Below are positions 18,135 through 28,584 of a DNA stretch of 64,000 bases, piece by piece. Both the position numbers and the translations under genes were made by a program. Below the pieces are notes generated by a model. The model ran no database searches. It was not told the origin of the DNA and saw nothing but the letters and a program-made list of their open reading frames with translations. Source of the stretch: an uncultured Aestuariivirga sp. (GTDB lineage Bacteria; Pseudomonadota; Alphaproteobacteria; Rhizobiales; Aestuariivirgaceae). Location of the stretch: positions 37,992-101,991 of the forward strand of contig CAYMQH010000002.1 in NCBI GenBank assembly GCA_964392525.1, written 5' to 3'. The first letter of the stretch is position 1; every line of letters begins with the position of its first letter.

Positions 18135-19184
18135 ATGCGGGCGTTGAGTGCGGTTTGGTGGGCTTTTCTGGCCTGTGCGGTCAGCACGTCACCTGGCGCA
18201 GCGCAAGTCGCCGCCGGAAAATCGGACCTCGAGACGGGGCACCCCAGTGTCTATGCCGCTGCCGGTGTGATCCCGCGGGTCAATCCCGATGAATGGGGCG
18301 CGGAGCGCATACCGGCCCTTCAGGCGATCAACGTCCTGCCGGCCGCGGATGTGTCCGGTGGTTACGCCGACGTGCCGGTTGAGTGGTCCTACACGCCAGC
18401 GGACTTCTATCACAATGTCACGCTGATCCCATGGGAGACGGCCGCCATCGTCGGCGGAACGCTTGCTTTGGGCTTTGGTGACTGGGACTGGGGCAACGCA
18501 AGTTTTCACTTCGTCGATGAAGGTTTCTTTGGCAAGGACACCAACAACGGCGGCATGGATAAGCTGGGTCATGTTTACGGAACCATGCTTCTGTCGGACT
18601 TCTTCACGGCGAGCCTTGAGCGGCGTCACGTCAACCAGCATTCGGCCGCCCTCACCGGGGCGATCATGGGCTGGGGCGTCTTGGCCATGGTGGAGACCTT
18701 CGATGGCTTCTCGAAGGACTATGGCTTCTCGCCCCAGGATATCGTGGCGAACACCGTTGGCGCGGCATTCTCCTACCTGCGCAACACGATGCCGGGCTTG
18801 AAGGACAAGGTCGATTACCGGCTTGAATATGTTCCCTCGGGATATGACGAGGGTTTCAAGCCCCACTCGGACTATGCCGGCCAGAAATACATTCTGGCGC
18901 TGAAGCTTGCAGGCTTCGAGCAGTTCGAGGAAACGCCCCTCCGGTTTTTCGAGTTGGACGTGGGCTATTTCACGCAAGGCTTCAAGCAGAACGAAGCGCG
19001 GGACCGGGGCATCTCGCCGACCCGCCACTTGTTCGCTGCCATTGGCATCAATGTTGAACAGGTACTCTTCGGTTATCAGGAAGAGGGCGAGTCCTTCGCG
19101 GAACGGGCCGCCCGCGCCACGCTTCAGCGGGTGCAGATTCCCTACACTTACCTGACCTATGACCGGGACGCCTATCACTACTGA
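18135..19184 (+). CDS. exported DUF2279/YfiM-like protein
   Basis: signal peptide, GGMDKLGH motif, GFSPQDIVANTVG, aromatic-rich C-terminus. Confidence 0.6.
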   Translation: MRALSAVWWAFLACAVSTSPGAAQVAAGKSDLETGHPSVYAAAGVIPRVNPDEWGAERIPALQAINVLPAADVSGGYADVPVEWSYTPADFYHNVTLIPWETAAIVGGTLALGFGDWDWGNASFHFVDEGFFGKDTNNGGMDKLGHVYGTMLLSDFFTASLERRHVNQHSAALTGAIMGWGVLAMVETFDGFSKDYGFSPQDIVANTVGAAFSYLRNTMPGLKDKVDYRLEYVPSGYDEGFKPHSDYAGQKYILALKLAGFEQFEETPLRFFELDVGYFTQGFKQNEARDRGISPTRHLFAAIGINVEQVLFGYQEEGESFAERAARATLQRVQIPYTYLTYDRDAYHY

Positions 19185-19344
19185 TCCGGGGCGTGCCTGA
19201 GCAACCCTCGGTCAGATTGAAACCGTATGGAACCTGCCTTCTCGTTCAGATGCTGATCAGCCTGCGGCCAGGGGAGGCGGCCACGAAAATCCGGGCGCGC
19301 AATCACATGATGGCTCAGCGCTTCGTGCCTCGATCTGACGTGCG

Positions 19345-20145
19345 CTATTTGCGCGGGAACAGGAATGTCATGCCGAAGCGCGCGCCCCAGCCTTCAGGGC
19401 CTGCATCCTGTGGCGAGACGGCCCAGTAGCGCGCCCCGGCAAACAAGCTGATGGGCTGCTTGTCAATTCTGATCAGCTTGGAAACCGTTGCATTGAATGG
19501 CACGGACCATTCATCGTCGATCCAGTTATAGGTGGATTCGGAGTTCAGCGTGAACGTCCAGGCATCCTTCGTCGTGTAAGCAATGAACGGCTGAAGATAT
19601 GTGGCGTTGATGTCTGTCTCGTCCGTGTCGCCCGCGAATGACCATGTCTGATTGGCGAGAACGCCGGCCGTCCAGGGCCCGCCCTGCCACAGGGCGACGC
19701 CGGTGGGCCCTGCGCCCCATTTGTCCGGTCCGAGAAGCTCATCTGTCGCGGTGGGCAGATAGAAGATGGGCCCAACGCCCCAGATGATGCCGTTCATCGG
19801 CTTGGCGGGCGAGAAGAACAGGCTTTGCTGTGTATTGGCGAGGCCGAATTGTGAGCCCGCGCCGGGAAAGATGTCGGACTGACTGGTGATCGGCAGAATT
19901 GTGCGCGAGATCAAGTTCCAGTCATCGTTCAGCTTGAAGGGGATAACCGGCTGGAAGTTGACATAAGTCTGGTTGCCGTCCTCCGCCGGTCCGATGGCGT
20001 GATTGTAATTGCCCTGAAACGGAACGCTGATCAGGTCAGCAATCGGATTGGCCAGTTGCTTTGCAAGGTCGGACGCGTCCTCAGCCTGCGCGGCAGGCGC
20101 CAGAAGTGCGATGTGAACCAGCGTTACAAACAGCTTTTTCAGCAT
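19345..20145 (-). CDS. exported putative outer-membrane beta-barrel/transporter-family protein
   Basis: signal peptide, LAKQLANPIADLISVPFQ, amphipathic strands, near-terminal Phe. Confidence 0.6.
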   Translation of the reverse strand: MLKKLFVTLVHIALLAPAAQAEDASDLAKQLANPIADLISVPFQGNYNHAIGPAEDGNQTYVNFQPVIPFKLNDDWNLISRTILPITSQSDIFPGAGSQFGLANTQQSLFFSPAKPMNGIIWGVGPIFYLPTATDELLGPDKWGAGPTGVALWQGGPWTAGVLANQTWSFAGDTDETDINATYLQPFIAYTTKDAWTFTLNSESTYNWIDDEWSVPFNATVSKLIRIDKQPISLFAGARYWAVSPQDAGPEGWGARFGMTFLFPRK

Positions 20146-20457
20146 GTCCGCGACCATTCCTGATACATGAGAATCACCGGAACCCTTATACAGTAAAAAA
20201 TCATGTTCACGCTTGCTGTGGCCTTTACCGTGGCCTTGGTTATCTGCGATCGGGTGGGGCGGACGTGCCCCGGCCGAGAACAGTAGCCCGCTGCGGGCTC
20301 ATTGAAGCACGTTGCAATTGTGGTTTTTCCTGCTTTCATCAGGCAATTCAGGACGGCGGCAGGCGAGTGTGAAGACATCGTCATTTGACTTGCCCGGCGC
20401 TTGAACATACACACGAGCATCAGACCGTGTTTCAGATATCAGAGGAGGAGGTTCTCC

Positions 20458-22251
20458 ATGTGCCTTGGCTGCGTCAACCCAATGCTGGCTCACCCTTCGC
20501 TCTACGACCAGCCTTCAGGACTGGCGTCGATCTCCAGCTTCACGCCATCCCGCCGGGGGTTCATGGCAATATCAGCCGCCGCGGCGATTGGCGCGAGCCT
20601 GCCGGGGGCTGGCGGCCGGCCGGTCTTTGCCGCAACTTCGGCACCGGGTAAGATCGACCGTATCTTCAAAGGGGGCACCATCCTGCCCATCGCCGGCCCT
20701 GCAACGGCAGAGGCGATGGCCATCAGTGCGGGCAAGATCGTCAAGATTGGTGCCGCGGCTGATGTCATGGCGCTTGCCGGCACGGATACAGAGATCATCG
20801 ATCTTGCAGGCCGCACCATGCTGCCGGGCCTGATAGACCCCCATCATCATACGGTTCTGGCCTCGCTCTATTTCGAATTGCTGACGGATGTGGGCTATGA
20901 GAAGAACCGCACGCGCGCGGCACTCATCGACAATCTGCGCCAGCTCGCCTCGCGCACGCCGCCTGGCCAGTGGGTTGCGGTTTCCAATTTCGACAACCTG
21001 CTCCAGGGCGGCGATCTTTCGCTCGAGGAGCTTGACGGGGTATCGACCCAGAATCCGATCTTCGTCTGGTACACCAATGGCCATGACGCCTGCGTGAACT
21101 CCATGGCACTCAAGATCGCGGAGATACCTGAGGATATCGGAACACTGCCCGGCGGCGGGCATTTTGGCCGTGGGCCGGACGGCAAGCTGAACGGCCTTGT
21201 CTATGAAGAAAGCGCGATGCTGAAGATCGCCAAATTCGCACTGCCGAAGATCACGCCGCAACTCGCCTACAAGGCGGTCAGCCAGTACATGCAGTCAGCC
21301 GCCGCGGTGGGCAACACACTGCTGCATGAGCCGGGCACGCTGCGTTCGGAGTGGATCGAGGCGTTCACGAAGCTGTCACTGCATGCGCCGCTGCGCACCA
21401 GTGCCAGCCTGATGTATGAGGACATGAAGGGGTTCGACCCTTACCGTTCGCTCGGCCTCGGCGCCCGCGCGGCGCAGTTGCCGGACTCGCTGTTCACGCT
21501 CTACGGCGTGAAGATCGTTGGCGACGGATCGAACCAGACGCTGACAGGCGCGCAGACCCAGCCCTATCTGGGCACCGACATCAAGGGTTCTCCCAACTTC
21601 CCGTTGGACAAGATGAAGCCCATGGTGGCGGATGTGAAGGCAGCGGGCCTGCCCGTGCTGATTCATTGCAATGGCGATGAGACCATCGACCTTGCTCTGG
21701 ATGCCATCGAGGCGGCGTATGGCAACTCCACCGCATTCGGCATCAACCGCATTGAGCATTCGACCATGGCGCGCGCCGACCAGTTGGCCCGCATGAAATC
21801 GCTCAATGTCGAGCCGAGTTTCCTGATGAATCATGTGGGGCTGTATGGCGCCGCCTACCGCGACCAGATTTTCGGGCCTGAGCGCGCCGCTTTCATGGAT
21901 CCTGCCGGGGCCTGCGTGAAGGAAGACATCCGCTTCACCCTGCACACGGATTCACCTTGCTCGCCCATCGGGCCGCTGCGCCTCGTGCAGACGGCGGTAA
22001 CGCGCCGCTGCGAGTTCGACAACAGCGTGATCGGGCCCGATCAGGCGATCAGTGTGCAGCGCGCGCTGGAGGCGATCACCGTCGATGCCGCGCGTCAGGT
22101 TGGCATGGCGGACCGGATCGGCACGCTGGAGGCTGGCAAGGAAGCCGACATGACAATTCTCGAGGACAACCCGCTCACCGTCGATCCGGACAAGATTGCC
22201 GCCATCAAGATCAGCGAGACCTGGGTGCAGGGCGAAAAGAAATTCGGCTGA
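20458..22251 (+). CDS. Tat-exported amidohydrolase-3 (YtcJ-like) metalloenzyme
   Basis: SRRGFM Tat motif, DLAGRTMLPGLIDPHHH, HCNGD, RIEH, HTDSP, GTLEAGKEAD; GGAGGAGG SD. Confidence 0.88.
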   Translation: MCLGCVNPMLAHPSLYDQPSGLASISSFTPSRRGFMAISAAAAIGASLPGAGGRPVFAATSAPGKIDRIFKGGTILPIAGPATAEAMAISAGKIVKIGAAADVMALAGTDTEIIDLAGRTMLPGLIDPHHHTVLASLYFELLTDVGYEKNRTRAALIDNLRQLASRTPPGQWVAVSNFDNLLQGGDLSLEELDGVSTQNPIFVWYTNGHDACVNSMALKIAEIPEDIGTLPGGGHFGRGPDGKLNGLVYEESAMLKIAKFALPKITPQLAYKAVSQYMQSAAAVGNTLLHEPGTLRSEWIEAFTKLSLHAPLRTSASLMYEDMKGFDPYRSLGLGARAAQLPDSLFTLYGVKIVGDGSNQTLTGAQTQPYLGTDIKGSPNFPLDKMKPMVADVKAAGLPVLIHCNGDETIDLALDAIEAAYGNSTAFGINRIEHSTMARADQLARMKSLNVEPSFLMNHVGLYGAAYRDQIFGPERAAFMDPAGACVKEDIRFTLHTDSPCSPIGPLRLVQTAVTRRCEFDNSVIGPDQAISVQRALEAITVDAARQVGMADRIGTLEAGKEADMTILEDNPLTVDPDKIAAIKISETWVQGEKKFG

Positions 22252-22292
22252 GCAACTTTACCCTGGCCTAAGCCAGGGCCTCGCGGCGCCGT

Positions 22293-23093
22293 TCAGAAGC
22301 GGTATTGCGGCTCCTCCTGATCAAGCTGGCGGCGCAGCGATTGAAGGTGCATGCGGGCGGAATCCGTATCACCGCCGCGCATCTGCTCATAGGTTGCCTT
22401 TGCTACCTCTGGCGCGACAGGCAGCACCGTGCGGCCTGTCGACATGGCCAGAACCTGGGCTTCCGCGGCGCGCTCGAGATAATAGAGGTCATCCCATGCC
22501 TCGGCGATGGATGGAGCGAGCACCAATACGCCATGGTGCTTGAGGAAGATGATGTCGGCATCGCCGGCCGACCTTGCGATGCGGGCACCTTCCGCATTGT
22601 CCAGCGCAAGGCCGTTATAGGTGTTGTCCACCGCGGTGCGGCCGTAGAATTTGAGCGCGGTCTGCCCGGCCCAGATCAATGGCTCGCCCTCGGTCATCGA
22701 GAGGGCCGTCGCATAGGGCATATGGGTGTGGAAGGCGGCCCTGGCGCGTGGCAGAAGACGGTGGATTTCGGCATGGATATAGAAGGCCGTCGCCTCCGGC
22801 TGGCCTTCGCCATCAATGACATTGCCATGGAAGTCGCAGATCAGCAGTTTTGATGCGGTGATCTCGCGGAAGGCATAACCATACGGATTGACGATGAAGA
22901 GATCGTCATGACCCGGCACCACGGCCGAGAAATGATTGCAGATGCCTTCCTCGAAGCCGTTGCGCGCGGCCATGCGGAAGCACGCGGCAAGGTCTTCGCG
23001 TGCGGCGCGGATCGCGTCGGATGAAAGATCGGGCTGGTTCGGCCGGCTGGCCTTTGCGGAAGCCGGCGTGTTGTCGGGAAAGCTGTGGGCCAT
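22293..23093 (-). CDS. class II aldolase/adducin family protein
   Basis: EGICNHFS, AFYIHAEIH, FHTHMPYA, LKHHG Zn-ligand pattern. Confidence 0.88.
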   Translation of the reverse strand: MAHSFPDNTPASAKASRPNQPDLSSDAIRAAREDLAACFRMAARNGFEEGICNHFSAVVPGHDDLFIVNPYGYAFREITASKLLICDFHGNVIDGEGQPEATAFYIHAEIHRLLPRARAAFHTHMPYATALSMTEGEPLIWAGQTALKFYGRTAVDNTYNGLALDNAEGARIARSAGDADIIFLKHHGVLVLAPSIAEAWDDLYYLERAAEAQVLAMSTGRTVLPVAPEVAKATYEQMRGGDTDSARMHLQSLRRQLDQEEPQYRF

Positions 23094-23123
23094 GCTTTGA
23101 ACTCCTCCTGCAATCTCTCCTGC

Positions 23124-23729
23124 TCACTGCGCATAGAAGAAGGCAATGGCTTGCGAGCGGTTCTTGAGGCCGAGCTTCTCATACAGATTGCGCAAATGGA
23201 ACTTCACCGTGTTGATGGAGATGCCGAGCTCGGTTGCAAGTTCGGTATTGGTGCGGCCCCTTGCGAGGGCCGCCAGCATGGTCTTCTCACGCTCCGTCAG
23301 GTTTTCGCGCGGGTCCTGTTTCAGGGCGCGCACATCCATGAAAGGGAATACCATGCGCCCCTTGGCAACGGTGAGCGCAACATCCAGCAACTGGTCTTCA
23401 GGAGCGTCACGTGTGCAGAAGGCGGCGGCACCTGCCGCGAGGGCGCGGCGCGGCACATCCGGGTCGCCGCCCCCGGCATAGACGATGATGCGTGGCGCGT
23501 TGGGCTTGTCGCGCAGGATGCCGAGCAGCCGCTCCGCCCCCAGTTGCGGGATGGCCCAGTCCACGATGCCGATATCGACAGGCACCCGCAGGCAGCTTTC
23601 AAGGAAGCCCTCCGCCGTCCGGGAGGTGGCGACAAGGCTGAACCGCCGGTCCCGCTCGAACAGGTCCGAGAGGGCCTGAAGCATCATGGTATTGGGGTCT
23701 GCGATGATGACGCTGCGGATATCCACCAT
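23124..23729 (-). CDS. NarL/LuxR-family response regulator with atypical receiver
   Basis: REC-like N-terminus; LTEREK..GRTNTELA..ISINTVKFHLRNLYEKLG HTH. Confidence 0.87.
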   Translation of the reverse strand: MVDIRSVIIADPNTMMLQALSDLFERDRRFSLVATSRTAEGFLESCLRVPVDIGIVDWAIPQLGAERLLGILRDKPNAPRIIVYAGGGDPDVPRRALAAGAAAFCTRDAPEDQLLDVALTVAKGRMVFPFMDVRALKQDPRENLTEREKTMLAALARGRTNTELATELGISINTVKFHLRNLYEKLGLKNRSQAIAFFYAQ

Positions 23730-23752
23730 AAAACCATTCTTACGGGTAGGAA

Positions 23753-23765
23753 TTGTCTAAGACAA
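23753..23765. promoter_or_regulatory. palindrome in the divergent regulator/sga spacer
   Basis: TTGTCT-A-AGACAA, plus ATTTACAA direct repeats at 23771 and 23795. Confidence 0.35.
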
Positions 23766-23919
23766 GTGCCATTTACAATACGAAAGGATGGGCAATTTAC
23801 AACCCCTTCGGATGCCAAAAGGCTGGTTCTTGGAGTGTTTTCAAGTTTCAGCTACCCGGTCATTCTTTCCCCATGCGCACGGGACCCACATCCGGGCGAA
23901 AACAAAATGGGAGAACAAA

Positions 23920-25110
23920 ATGCCGGGATCACGGGGACTTTTCATACCGGGGCCAACCAACGTGCCGCAAGCGGTGCGGGTCGCCATGGATATCGCCATG
24001 GAAGACCAGCGGGCGCCGGACTTGCCTGCCTTCACGCTGCCGCTGTTCGAGGATGTGAGGAAGGTCTTCAAGTCCCGCACCGGGCAGGTGTTCCTGTTCC
24101 CGGCTTCGGGCACGGGTGGTTGGGAAGCGGCGATGACCAACACGCTGTCGCCGGGCGACAAGGTGCTGATCGCACGCTTCGGCCAGTTCTCCCTGCTGTG
24201 GGCCGACATGTGCGAGCGCATGGGGCTTGAGGCCGATGTCGTGGATGTGCCGTGGGGCGAGGGTGTGCCGGTGGACGTCTTTTCGGAGAAGCTCCGGGCC
24301 GACAAGGCGCATGCCTACAAGGCGGTGCTGGTGACGCATAATGAAACCGCCACCGGCGTGACGAGCGATGTTGCCGCTGTGCGCCGCGCCATGGATCATG
24401 CGAAGCACCCGGCGCTGCTGTTCGTCGATGGAGTGAGTTCGATCGCCTCGATTGACTTCCGCATGGATGAGTGGGGTGTCGATATCTGTGTCTCGGGTTC
24501 GCAGAAGGGCTTCATGATGCCCGCCGGGCTCGCCATTCTGTGCGTCTCCCAGAAAGCGCTCGAAGCGCGCAAGGCGGCCGGCATGCGCCGCTGCTACTTC
24601 GACTTCGAAGACATGCTGCGCACCAACAAGGATGGCTTCTTCCCCTACACGCCGCCGCTCCACATGCTGCGCGCGCTGCGCGCCGCAACCGACATGCTGC
24701 TGGCCGAAGGGCTCGACAATGTGTTCGCCCGCCACCACCGGCTGGCCGAGGGCGTGCGCCGCGCCGTGTCCGCCTGGGGCCTCCGTCTCTGCGCGAAGGA
24801 GGCTAAGTGGCATTCCGACACGGTGAGCGCCATCATGCTGCCGGACGGCTTCGACAGCGCCGCCATGCTCAAGCTTGCTTACACCAAGTATCATCTTTCG
24901 CTGGGAGCTGGCCTCAACAAGGTGGCGGGCAAGGTATTCCGCATCGGCCATCTCGGAGACCTGAACGAGCTGATGTGCCTCTCGGCCATCGCCGGTTCGG
25001 AAATGGTGATGCGTGACATCGGCGTTCCGGTGCAGGCCGGGTCGGGCGTCGCCGCAGCCATCGAATATTACCGCGGCACACCCGCCGCCGCCCTGAAGAC
25101 AGCGGCCTGA
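23920..25110 (+). CDS. sgaA: serine-glyoxylate aminotransferase (class V PLP)
   Basis: [30 protein letters not shown] (PLP Lys), FRIGHLG; adjacent to mtkAB and mcl. Confidence 0.82.
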   Translation: MPGSRGLFIPGPTNVPQAVRVAMDIAMEDQRAPDLPAFTLPLFEDVRKVFKSRTGQVFLFPASGTGGWEAAMTNTLSPGDKVLIARFGQFSLLWADMCERMGLEADVVDVPWGEGVPVDVFSEKLRADKAHAYKAVLVTHNETATGVTSDVAAVRRAMDHAKHPALLFVDGVSSIASIDFRMDEWGVDICVSGSQKGFMMPAGLAILCVSQKALEARKAAGMRRCYFDFEDMLRTNKDGFFPYTPPLHMLRALRAATDMLLAEGLDNVFARHHRLAEGVRRAVSAWGLRLCAKEAKWHSDTVSAIMLPDGFDSAAMLKLAYTKYHLSLGAGLNKVAGKVFRIGHLGDLNELMCLSAIAGSEMVMRDIGVPVQAGSGVAAAIEYYRGTPAAALKTAA

Positions 25111-25123
25111 GGAGGACACAAGC

Positions 25124-26323
25124 ATGGACATTCATGAGTATCAGGCCAAGGAAATCCTCAGCCGCTTCGGCGTCTCGACACCAAAGGGGGCGCTCGCCTA
25201 CAGCCCCGAACAGGCAGCTTACCGGGCACGCGAAATCGGCGGCAAGCTGTGGGTGGTGAAGGCTCAGGTCCACACCGGCGGGCGCGGCAAGGCGGGTGGC
25301 ATCAAGCTTTGCCGGTCGGAAGATGAGGTCTTGGAAGCGGCTGACGAACTGCTTGGCAAAAAGCTCGTCACCCACCAGTCCGGCCCCACTGGCAAGATCG
25401 TTTACCGCCTCTACGTCGAAGGCGGTGTGGCGATCACGAAGGAGCTTTATTTGGGTTTTGTGCTGGACCGCAAGTCAGAGCGCGTCATGGTGGTTGCCTC
25501 TTCACAGGGCGGCATGGAGATCGAGGACATCGCGGCGGAAAAACCCGAGTCCATCGTGAAGGTGAGCGTCGAGCCCGCCGTCGGCATGCAGGCCTTCCAG
25601 GCGCGTGAGGTGGCCTTCGCGCTGGGGCTCAAGCCCTCGCAGATTCAGTCCGCCGTCAACGCCATCATGGGCTGCTACCGCGCATTCGCGGAGCTTGATG
25701 CGACCATGCTGGAAATCAACCCGCTGATCGTGACCGAGGACGACCACGTCGTGGCCCTCGATGCCAAGATGACCTTTGACGACAATGCGCTGTTCCGTCA
25801 CCCGGCCATTTCCGAGCTTCGTGACAAGAGCCAGGAAGACCCGCGCGAGACCCACGCCAATGACCGTGGCCTGTCCTATGTCGGCCTCACCGGCAAGATC
25901 GGCTGCATCGTCAACGGTGCGGGCCTCGCAATGGCCACGATGGACATGATCAAGCTGGCGGGCGGCGAGCCCGCGAACTTCCTCGACATCGGCGGTGGCG
26001 CCACACCCGAGCGTGTGGCCAAGGCCTTCAAGCTCGTCACCATGGACAAGAACGTGGAGGCGATCCTCGTCAACATTTTTGCCGGCATCAACCGGTGTGA
26101 CTGGGTGGCGGAAGGCGTTGTGCAGGCGCTCGAAAAATCTCCGGTGAGTGTTCCGGTGATCGTGCGCCTCGCGGGCACCCATGTGGAAGAGGGCCGCCGC
26201 ATCCTGGCACGCTCCGGACTTTCCATCATCCGCGCCAACACGCTGGCGGAAGCCGCAGAACGCGCGGTGTCTGCCTGGAAAAACAATCCCAGCACAATGG
26301 GCCTCAAGGTGGTGAACTCATGA
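25124..26323 (+). CDS. mtkA: malate-CoA ligase (malate thiokinase) beta subunit
   Basis: [18 protein letters not shown], and [14 protein letters not shown] (MtkA-type rather than SucC IFGGIMRC); context. Confidence 0.85.
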   Translation: MDIHEYQAKEILSRFGVSTPKGALAYSPEQAAYRAREIGGKLWVVKAQVHTGGRGKAGGIKLCRSEDEVLEAADELLGKKLVTHQSGPTGKIVYRLYVEGGVAITKELYLGFVLDRKSERVMVVASSQGGMEIEDIAAEKPESIVKVSVEPAVGMQAFQAREVAFALGLKPSQIQSAVNAIMGCYRAFAELDATMLEINPLIVTEDDHVVALDAKMTFDDNALFRHPAISELRDKSQEDPRETHANDRGLSYVGLTGKIGCIVNGAGLAMATMDMIKLAGGEPANFLDIGGGATPERVAKAFKLVTMDKNVEAILVNIFAGINRCDWVAEGVVQALEKSPVSVPVIVRLAGTHVEEGRRILARSGLSIIRANTLAEAAERAVSAWKNNPSTMGLKVVNS

Positions 26324-27207
26324 GCATTCTTCTCGACCGCACAACGCCTGTTCTGGTGCAGGGTATCACCGGCAAGATCGGCTCCTTCCATGCCCGCGAA
26401 ATGCTGGCCTACGGCACCAACATCGTGGGCGGCGTGACGCCGGGCAAGGGCGGTACATCGATCGACGGCCTGCCGGTGTTCGACACCATGAAGGAAGCTG
26501 TGGACAAGACAGGGGCAACCGCCTCCATCGTCTTCGTGCCGCCGCCCTTTGCGGCTGACTCGATCATGGAAGCCGCGGATGCGAACATCCGCTTCTGCGT
26601 TGCGATCACCGATGGCATCCCCTCGCAGGACATGATCCGGGTGAAGCGCTACATGCGACGCTACCGCTCGGAAAACCGCATGCGCCTCATCGGCCCCAAC
26701 TGTGCCGGCGTCATCTCGCCCGGCAAGGCGCTGATGGGCATCATGCCCGGCAATATCTATCTTCCTGGCAATGTCGGTATCGTCGGCCGGTCGGGTACGC
26801 TGGGCTATGAGGCGGCAGCCCAGATGATGGAACTGGGCATTGGCGTCTCGACCTCCGTCGGCATCGGCGGCGATCCGATCAACGGCTCGTCCTTCAAGGA
26901 TGTCCTCGAACTCTTCGAGGCGGATCCGGAAACCCATGCGGTGGTGATGATCGGTGAGATCGGCGGTCCGCAGGAAGCCGAAGCTGCCGAATACATCCGC
27001 GACCACATGACCAAGCCCGTCATTGCCTATGTGGCGGGTCTGTCAGCGCCCAAGGGCCGCAAGATGGGCCATGCCGGCGCCATCATCCAGGCCTTCGGCG
27101 AAGGCGCTTCCGAGAAGGTCGAACTGCTGCGTGATGTGGGCGTTGCCATTGCGCCCACCCCTGCCGAAATCGGCAGCACGGCGCAGAAGGTCCTCAAGGC
27201 GGCCTGA
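26320..27207 (+). CDS. mtkB: malate-CoA ligase alpha subunit
   Basis: [26 protein letters not shown] phospho-His; ATGA overlap with mtkA. Confidence 0.85.
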   Translation: MSILLDRTTPVLVQGITGKIGSFHAREMLAYGTNIVGGVTPGKGGTSIDGLPVFDTMKEAVDKTGATASIVFVPPPFAADSIMEAADANIRFCVAITDGIPSQDMIRVKRYMRRYRSENRMRLIGPNCAGVISPGKALMGIMPGNIYLPGNVGIVGRSGTLGYEAAAQMMELGIGVSTSVGIGGDPINGSSFKDVLELFEADPETHAVVMIGEIGGPQEAEAAEYIRDHMTKPVIAYVAGLSAPKGRKMGHAGAIIQAFGEGASEKVELLRDVGVAIAPTPAEIGSTAQKVLKAA

Positions 27208-27215
27208 GGCGCATC

Positions 27216-27560
27216 ATGATCCATCCCCTCAGCATTGCGATGGAGGCGGGGCACAAGCAGTCGGCCGCAGGCCCGGTGACGATCGTCCCTGACCTGCGCT
27301 CCTACCGCTATGAACCCAAGCCCGGCCGGCTCTCGCCCATGCAGGATCTCGTCGTGCAACTCGTGTGCTGCGGCATGGCCGACAAGGAGATCGCCTTCCT
27401 TCTCGGCCTCAGCAGCGCCACCGTGAAGGCGCACATGTCGCGCGCCATCGCGGAGCTGGGGCTCTACCGCCGCCATCAGCTGGTGCGCTACGTGTTCGAG
27501 AACAACCTCTTCGATCCCGAGCGGGCGCAGGCCGAAATCCTCCGCCGCCGCTCTGCTTGA
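27216..27560 (+). CDS. small LuxR-type HTH protein
   Basis: LSPMQ..GMADKEIAFLLGLSSATVKAHMSRAIAELG; no sensor domain. Confidence 0.7.
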   Translation: MIHPLSIAMEAGHKQSAAGPVTIVPDLRSYRYEPKPGRLSPMQDLVVQLVCCGMADKEIAFLLGLSSATVKAHMSRAIAELGLYRRHQLVRYVFENNLFDPERAQAEILRRRSA

Positions 27561-27582
27561 CATCGCATCTTAAGGAATAATC

Positions 27583-28560
27583 ATGAGCTTCTTTGTAATC
27601 GAGCAGGCGCCCGCGCGCCTCAACCGCAGCGAACTTGCCGTGCCCGGCAGCCAGCCGCACATGTTCGAAAAGGCCGCGAAATCGTCGGCTGACGTCGTGT
27701 TCCTCGACCTGGAGGATGCAGTGGCGCCGGATGACAAGGCGCAAGCCCGCAGGAATATCATTCAGGCCATCGGCGACATCGACTGGGGCAACAAGCAGCT
27801 GTCGGTGCGCATCAACGGCCTCGACACGCACTACATGTACCGCGACGTGGTGGATGTGCTGGAGCAGGCCAGTGACCGGCTCGACCTGATCATGATCCCC
27901 AAGGTTGGTACCGCCTCCGATGTCTATGCGGTGGACATGCTGGTAACCCAGATTGAAGCCGCCAAGAACCGCAAGAAGCGTATCGGCTTCGAACTCATCA
28001 TCGAAACGGCGCTTGGCATGCAGAATGTATCGGCCATCGCCGCGGCCTCCAAGCGCAACGAATCGCTGCATTTCGGTGTAGCCGACTACGCCGCCTCGAC
28101 ACGCGCCCGCACCACCTCGATCGGCGGTGCAAATGCCGACTATGCGGTGCTGACGGAACCGCTGGAGGATGGTTCGCGCCAGACCCACTGGGGTGACATG
28201 TGGCACTACGCCATCGCCCGCATGGTGGTGGCAGCGCGCGCCAATGGACTCCGCCCGGTCGACGGCCCGTTCGGCAATTTTTCTGACCCAGATGCCTTCA
28301 AGGCTGCTGCGCGCCGCGCCGCCGTTCTGGGCTGCGAAGGCAAATGGGCCATCCATCCCTCGCAGATCGCGCTGGCCAATGAGGTGATGAGCCCGTCGGA
28401 AGCGGAAGTGACGCGCGCCCGGCGCATTCTGGATGCGATGAAGGAAGCCGAAGCGCAGGGCAAGGGAGCCGTGTCACTCGATGGCCGCCTGATTGACTAC
28501 GCGTCGATCCGCCAGGCCGAAGTGCTGGTGGACAAGGCCCGGCAAATCGCCGCGCATTGA
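27583..28560 (+). CDS. mcl: malyl-CoA/beta-methylmalyl-CoA lyase
   Basis: RSELAVPGS, FLDLEDAVAPDDK, RINGLDTHYMYRD, EGKWAIHPSQI. Confidence 0.9.
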   Translation: MSFFVIEQAPARLNRSELAVPGSQPHMFEKAAKSSADVVFLDLEDAVAPDDKAQARRNIIQAIGDIDWGNKQLSVRINGLDTHYMYRDVVDVLEQASDRLDLIMIPKVGTASDVYAVDMLVTQIEAAKNRKKRIGFELIIETALGMQNVSAIAAASKRNESLHFGVADYAASTRARTTSIGGANADYAVLTEPLEDGSRQTHWGDMWHYAIARMVVAARANGLRPVDGPFGNFSDPDAFKAAARRAAVLGCEGKWAIHPSQIALANEVMSPSEAEVTRARRILDAMKEAEAQGKGAVSLDGRLIDYASIRQAEVLVDKARQIAAH

Positions 28561-28584
28561 GGTGCATCGCGCCGCGCCTGGCGC

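Noticed and set aside
23920-25110. Call as bhcA (beta-hydroxyaspartate cycle)
   Set aside because: No bhcBCD nearby; sequence and context fit the serine-glyoxylate aminotransferase better
25124-27207. Call as TCA-cycle sucCD
   Set aside because: The [10 protein letters not shown] signature and sga/mcl context indicate malate thiokinase
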